Positions 61,385 to 64,000 of a stretch of 64,000 nt of DNA are shown here, piece by piece. The notes beneath the pieces are model-generated. The model searched no databases and was not told the origin of the DNA. It saw only the letters and a list, made by a program, of their open reading frames with translations. The DNA is from Candidatus Poribacteria bacterium. Its GTDB lineage: Bacteria; Poribacteria; WGA-4E; PCPOR2b. Position 1 is the stretch's first letter; each line of letters begins with the position of its first letter. The DNA is taken from positions 992,001 to 1,056,000 of the forward strand of contig OZ242326.1 in assembly GCA_965208325.1 (NCBI GenBank), in the 5' to 3' direction. The position numbers and the translations under genes are program-made.

Positions 61385-62167
61385 ATGAGATTGAATCTGT
61401 TTTGCATCGTATCGCTCTGTCTTATGAGTTTGATACTGAGTTGCGGCGATGACGAAGACGAACCGTCAATAGACGTTGTTATGTCGCCGACTGAGAGTCT
61501 TAAAGTTGAGGCAGGCGTTCCGGACGAGGACAACATTGCGGTACCTGATCCTGTGGAGGAACATGTCCAAAATCCAGATTTAGTCGAGGAAATTGTGCCC
61601 CCAGAGGCAGAGGTGCTGGAACCCGATGTAGAACCAATCCAGGATGCAATCGATGGCGTATTGGAACGCTTGCGGGAGGGTTACGAAAAGGAAGATATTG
61701 ACCTGTATCTGAGTGCGTTCTGGATTGATGGATTCCGATACACCTCCGATATGGCAACCCCCCACGATCGATTCGACGATGTAATCTTTGATGAACTCAA
61801 GACCGAAGGCGAATCTGCGGGTAGGGTGTTTGCACGTTTCCAGGATATTAGATTGCATATATTCTCTCCTGCTCAGATCGTTAGGGCGGCCCCCGCACGA
61901 ATCGAAGCCGTGACGCATTATCGTGTCCAAGCGTTTGCGAATGATGGCCACGCTTTAGAAGGCGGATTTCTGGCATGGTATGCCGAAGGAGATGCGCGTT
62001 TTACCTTTGAATTCCGTGAGGAGGAGTGGCGGATTACCAATTGGCTAGATGACGCATTTGACGTGCAAGAGATGCTTGTATTCAACGAAGGCATCAAGCT
62101 TGAAGTTGCAGTCAATCCCATTGATAAGTTGGCGTCAACGTGGGGACGCATCAAGACAGCGTTTTAA
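61385..62167 (+). CDS. lipoprotein with acidic linker and NTF2/SnoaL-like domain
   Basis: AGGAGG RBS; lipobox LILS-C; GYEKEDIDLY..F...WRITNW. Confidence 0.8.
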   Translation: MRLNLFCIVSLCLMSLILSCGDDEDEPSIDVVMSPTESLKVEAGVPDEDNIAVPDPVEEHVQNPDLVEEIVPPEAEVLEPDVEPIQDAIDGVLERLREGYEKEDIDLYLSAFWIDGFRYTSDMATPHDRFDDVIFDELKTEGESAGRVFARFQDIRLHIFSPAQIVRAAPARIEAVTHYRVQAFANDGHALEGGFLAWYAEGDARFTFEFREEEWRITNWLDDAFDVQEMLVFNEGIKLEVAVNPIDKLASTWGRIKTAF

Positions 62168-62180
62168 GGGGTATACGGTT

Positions 62181-63938
62181 ATGAGACATTGCCTTGTGAT
62201 TGCGATAGGTATTGCGTTCGCGGCATGGGTCGCTAGTGCGGAAGAGCAGATTTTGTTTGAATCGAACAGACATGGCAACGATGAGATTTACAGGCATTTT
62301 CCCGGCGTCAGGACTCAGAGACTTACATTCGATGAGGGCGGTGATTATTATCCGGCGTTGTCGCCCGATGGGAAAAAGATGGCGTATGTCCCGAGAATCG
62401 GGGGGATTCTCGAAATCGCCGTCCTTGACTTCAGGTCTGGCAAACGCCAGCAATTAACTTTTTCACCCTTGCACAAGAGCAATCTCCACCCAACCTGGTC
62501 GCCGGACGGAAGTCGAATCGCTTACGCTTCAGATGCAGATGGCGATTTCGATATTTATTTCATGGATGAAAACGGACAAAACGCGACAAATTTGACCGAC
62601 GATTCGCCTCTGCACGAAAACTCACCCCATTGGTCACCGGTGAGCGAGAAAATTGTATTTGTCTCTTATCCAGATGGATGGGTCGCGGAAGATGTCAATC
62701 TACTTGATGTGCGGACCGGCGATCGGCGAAGACTCACGTCTTCGATCAACCCAGTAGCTTATCCACGTTGGTCGCCGAACGGTTCTCAGATTGCCTATTT
62801 TTCGACGAAGCCGTTTGAACCCCCGCTGTCGACTTCAGAGATTTGGCGCGCAAAGGCGGATGGTACGGATGCGGAGCCGTTAGTGACTGACGGCGGCGGC
62901 AATAGGAGTCCCAGATACTCTCCAGACGGAAAGTGGATTGCATTTGAATCTTATCGGGACTTTAACACCGACATTTACGCATTGAATCTAGAATCACGGG
63001 AGGTTATCCGTTTAACGACCCACCTCGGGGACGACTCATACCCCAGTTGGTCTCCCGACGGAGAACGGTTCGCCTTCGTTTCCAGCCGAGACGGCAACCC
63101 GGACATCTTCACCATGACCGTCAATGGACAGCAGATAACCAATCTGACAAAAAACGGCCTGTCTGAATACCACCCCACCTGGTCCCCTGACGGAGAAAAA
63201 ATCGCGTTCACGCGGTGGATGGGGGACGACAGCTCCAGGATTTACATTATAGATAGCAATGGCGAGAATGAAGTCGAGTTAGCCGCTTTGCCCGCCAACA
63301 ACGATTTTCCCGCGTGGTCCCCGCTAGGTAACAAAATCGCCTTTGTGAATCGTCCGGAACGAGGAGAGCGAAAGTCTCTGGTTTATATAGTTGACCCAAA
63401 CGGGAAAAACCTACAAGCGATTCACAAAAACCAGGACAAACGGATTAGGCAGATGGCGTGGTCCGGTGATGGGACTCAGATTATTTTCAGTCCTATCCGC
63501 AGTCCAATCACCGCTGTCAACACGGTGACCCTTGAAGTTCACACCGTTGATATACCGGTGCACTCGCCAAATTCTCCCGATTGGTCACCTGACGGTCAAG
63601 ACATTACTTTTACGGCGTTTCCTCCGCCAATTGTAAGCTTTGACGCGGGCCACGGCGTCTTCATCATCGATCAGGACGGGAACGCCGTTCGAACTATTAT
63701 TGTGGACACACATCCATTAGACGCCGAAGGACTTGCTTGGTCGCCCGACGGGAAGGAGATGCTCTTGGGTCAGCATGGAGGGTTATACACACTGGACTTG
63801 GTTAGCGAAACCGTTTCGTTGTTCCTCGAATTCGCTAGCAACCCCAATTGGCAGAATCCGACTCAACCTCGGTCAGTGTCTCCTCGAAATAAACTGAATA
63901 CGACATGGGGCGATATGAAAACGGGCGCAGGACGTTGA
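62181..63938 (+). CDS. exported TolB-like PD40-repeat beta-propeller protein
   Basis: Signal peptide ending ASA; repeated PxWSPDG and F.S.RDGN.DI. Confidence 0.92.
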   Translation: MRHCLVIAIGIAFAAWVASAEEQILFESNRHGNDEIYRHFPGVRTQRLTFDEGGDYYPALSPDGKKMAYVPRIGGILEIAVLDFRSGKRQQLTFSPLHKSNLHPTWSPDGSRIAYASDADGDFDIYFMDENGQNATNLTDDSPLHENSPHWSPVSEKIVFVSYPDGWVAEDVNLLDVRTGDRRRLTSSINPVAYPRWSPNGSQIAYFSTKPFEPPLSTSEIWRAKADGTDAEPLVTDGGGNRSPRYSPDGKWIAFESYRDFNTDIYALNLESREVIRLTTHLGDDSYPSWSPDGERFAFVSSRDGNPDIFTMTVNGQQITNLTKNGLSEYHPTWSPDGEKIAFTRWMGDDSSRIYIIDSNGENEVELAALPANNDFPAWSPLGNKIAFVNRPERGERKSLVYIVDPNGKNLQAIHKNQDKRIRQMAWSGDGTQIIFSPIRSPITAVNTVTLEVHTVDIPVHSPNSPDWSPDGQDITFTAFPPPIVSFDAGHGVFIIDQDGNAVRTIIVDTHPLDAEGLAWSPDGKEMLLGQHGGLYTLDLVSETVSLFLEFASNPNWQNPTQPRSVSPRNKLNTTWGDMKTGAGR

Positions 63939-64000
63939 TATGATACGCATGGCACAATTTTCAGTACTCTAGCCTCATCGGAAAACTAATTTTCTACATG

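Noticed and set aside
59364..63938. true tolB of a Tol-Pal operon
   Set aside because: No TolB N-terminal domain and no tolQRA or pal neighbours; these are PD40-repeat paralogues.

Overview
Bacterial chromosomal window, most likely Candidatus Poribacteria. This is an inference from the co-expansion of PhyH-type dioxygenases, secreted LamG-like proteins and TolB/PD40 propellers; no rRNA marker is present. The left half is mostly housekeeping and catabolic genes: ABC exporter with DUF1854, guaB, XdhC, a GlmL-like ATPase, Fe-ADH, purH, aldolases, an nfeD-nfeD-floA-floA operon, an RND transporter, a HAL2-type nucleotidase, deoC and GH32. The right half is accessory: four LamG-like secreted proteins interleaved with PhyH dioxygenases, a TPR/CRTAC1 pair, hicAB, two SHOCT membrane paralogues, a tyrosine recombinase and TolB-like proteins. 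Main observations: (1) seven exported proteins of three unrelated folds share a C-terminal motif V-x-P-x-G-K-L-A-x-x-W-G-x-I-K, a candidate sorting or anchoring signal; (2) a TnpI/Xer-like recombinase has its probable cognate 11-6-11 crossover site and extra binding boxes directly upstream; (3) a GTAG-REP-derived element built from ~102-nt halves occurs empty three times and once bracketing hicAB; (4) a LamG 5' end has been copied in inverted orientation, in frame with a non-canonical GH32; (5) a malate-dehydrogenase-like pseudoenzyme is coupled to a 959-aa orphan ORF. I found no rRNA, tRNA or CRISPR array. All family calls are by-eye motif recognition, not database searches.
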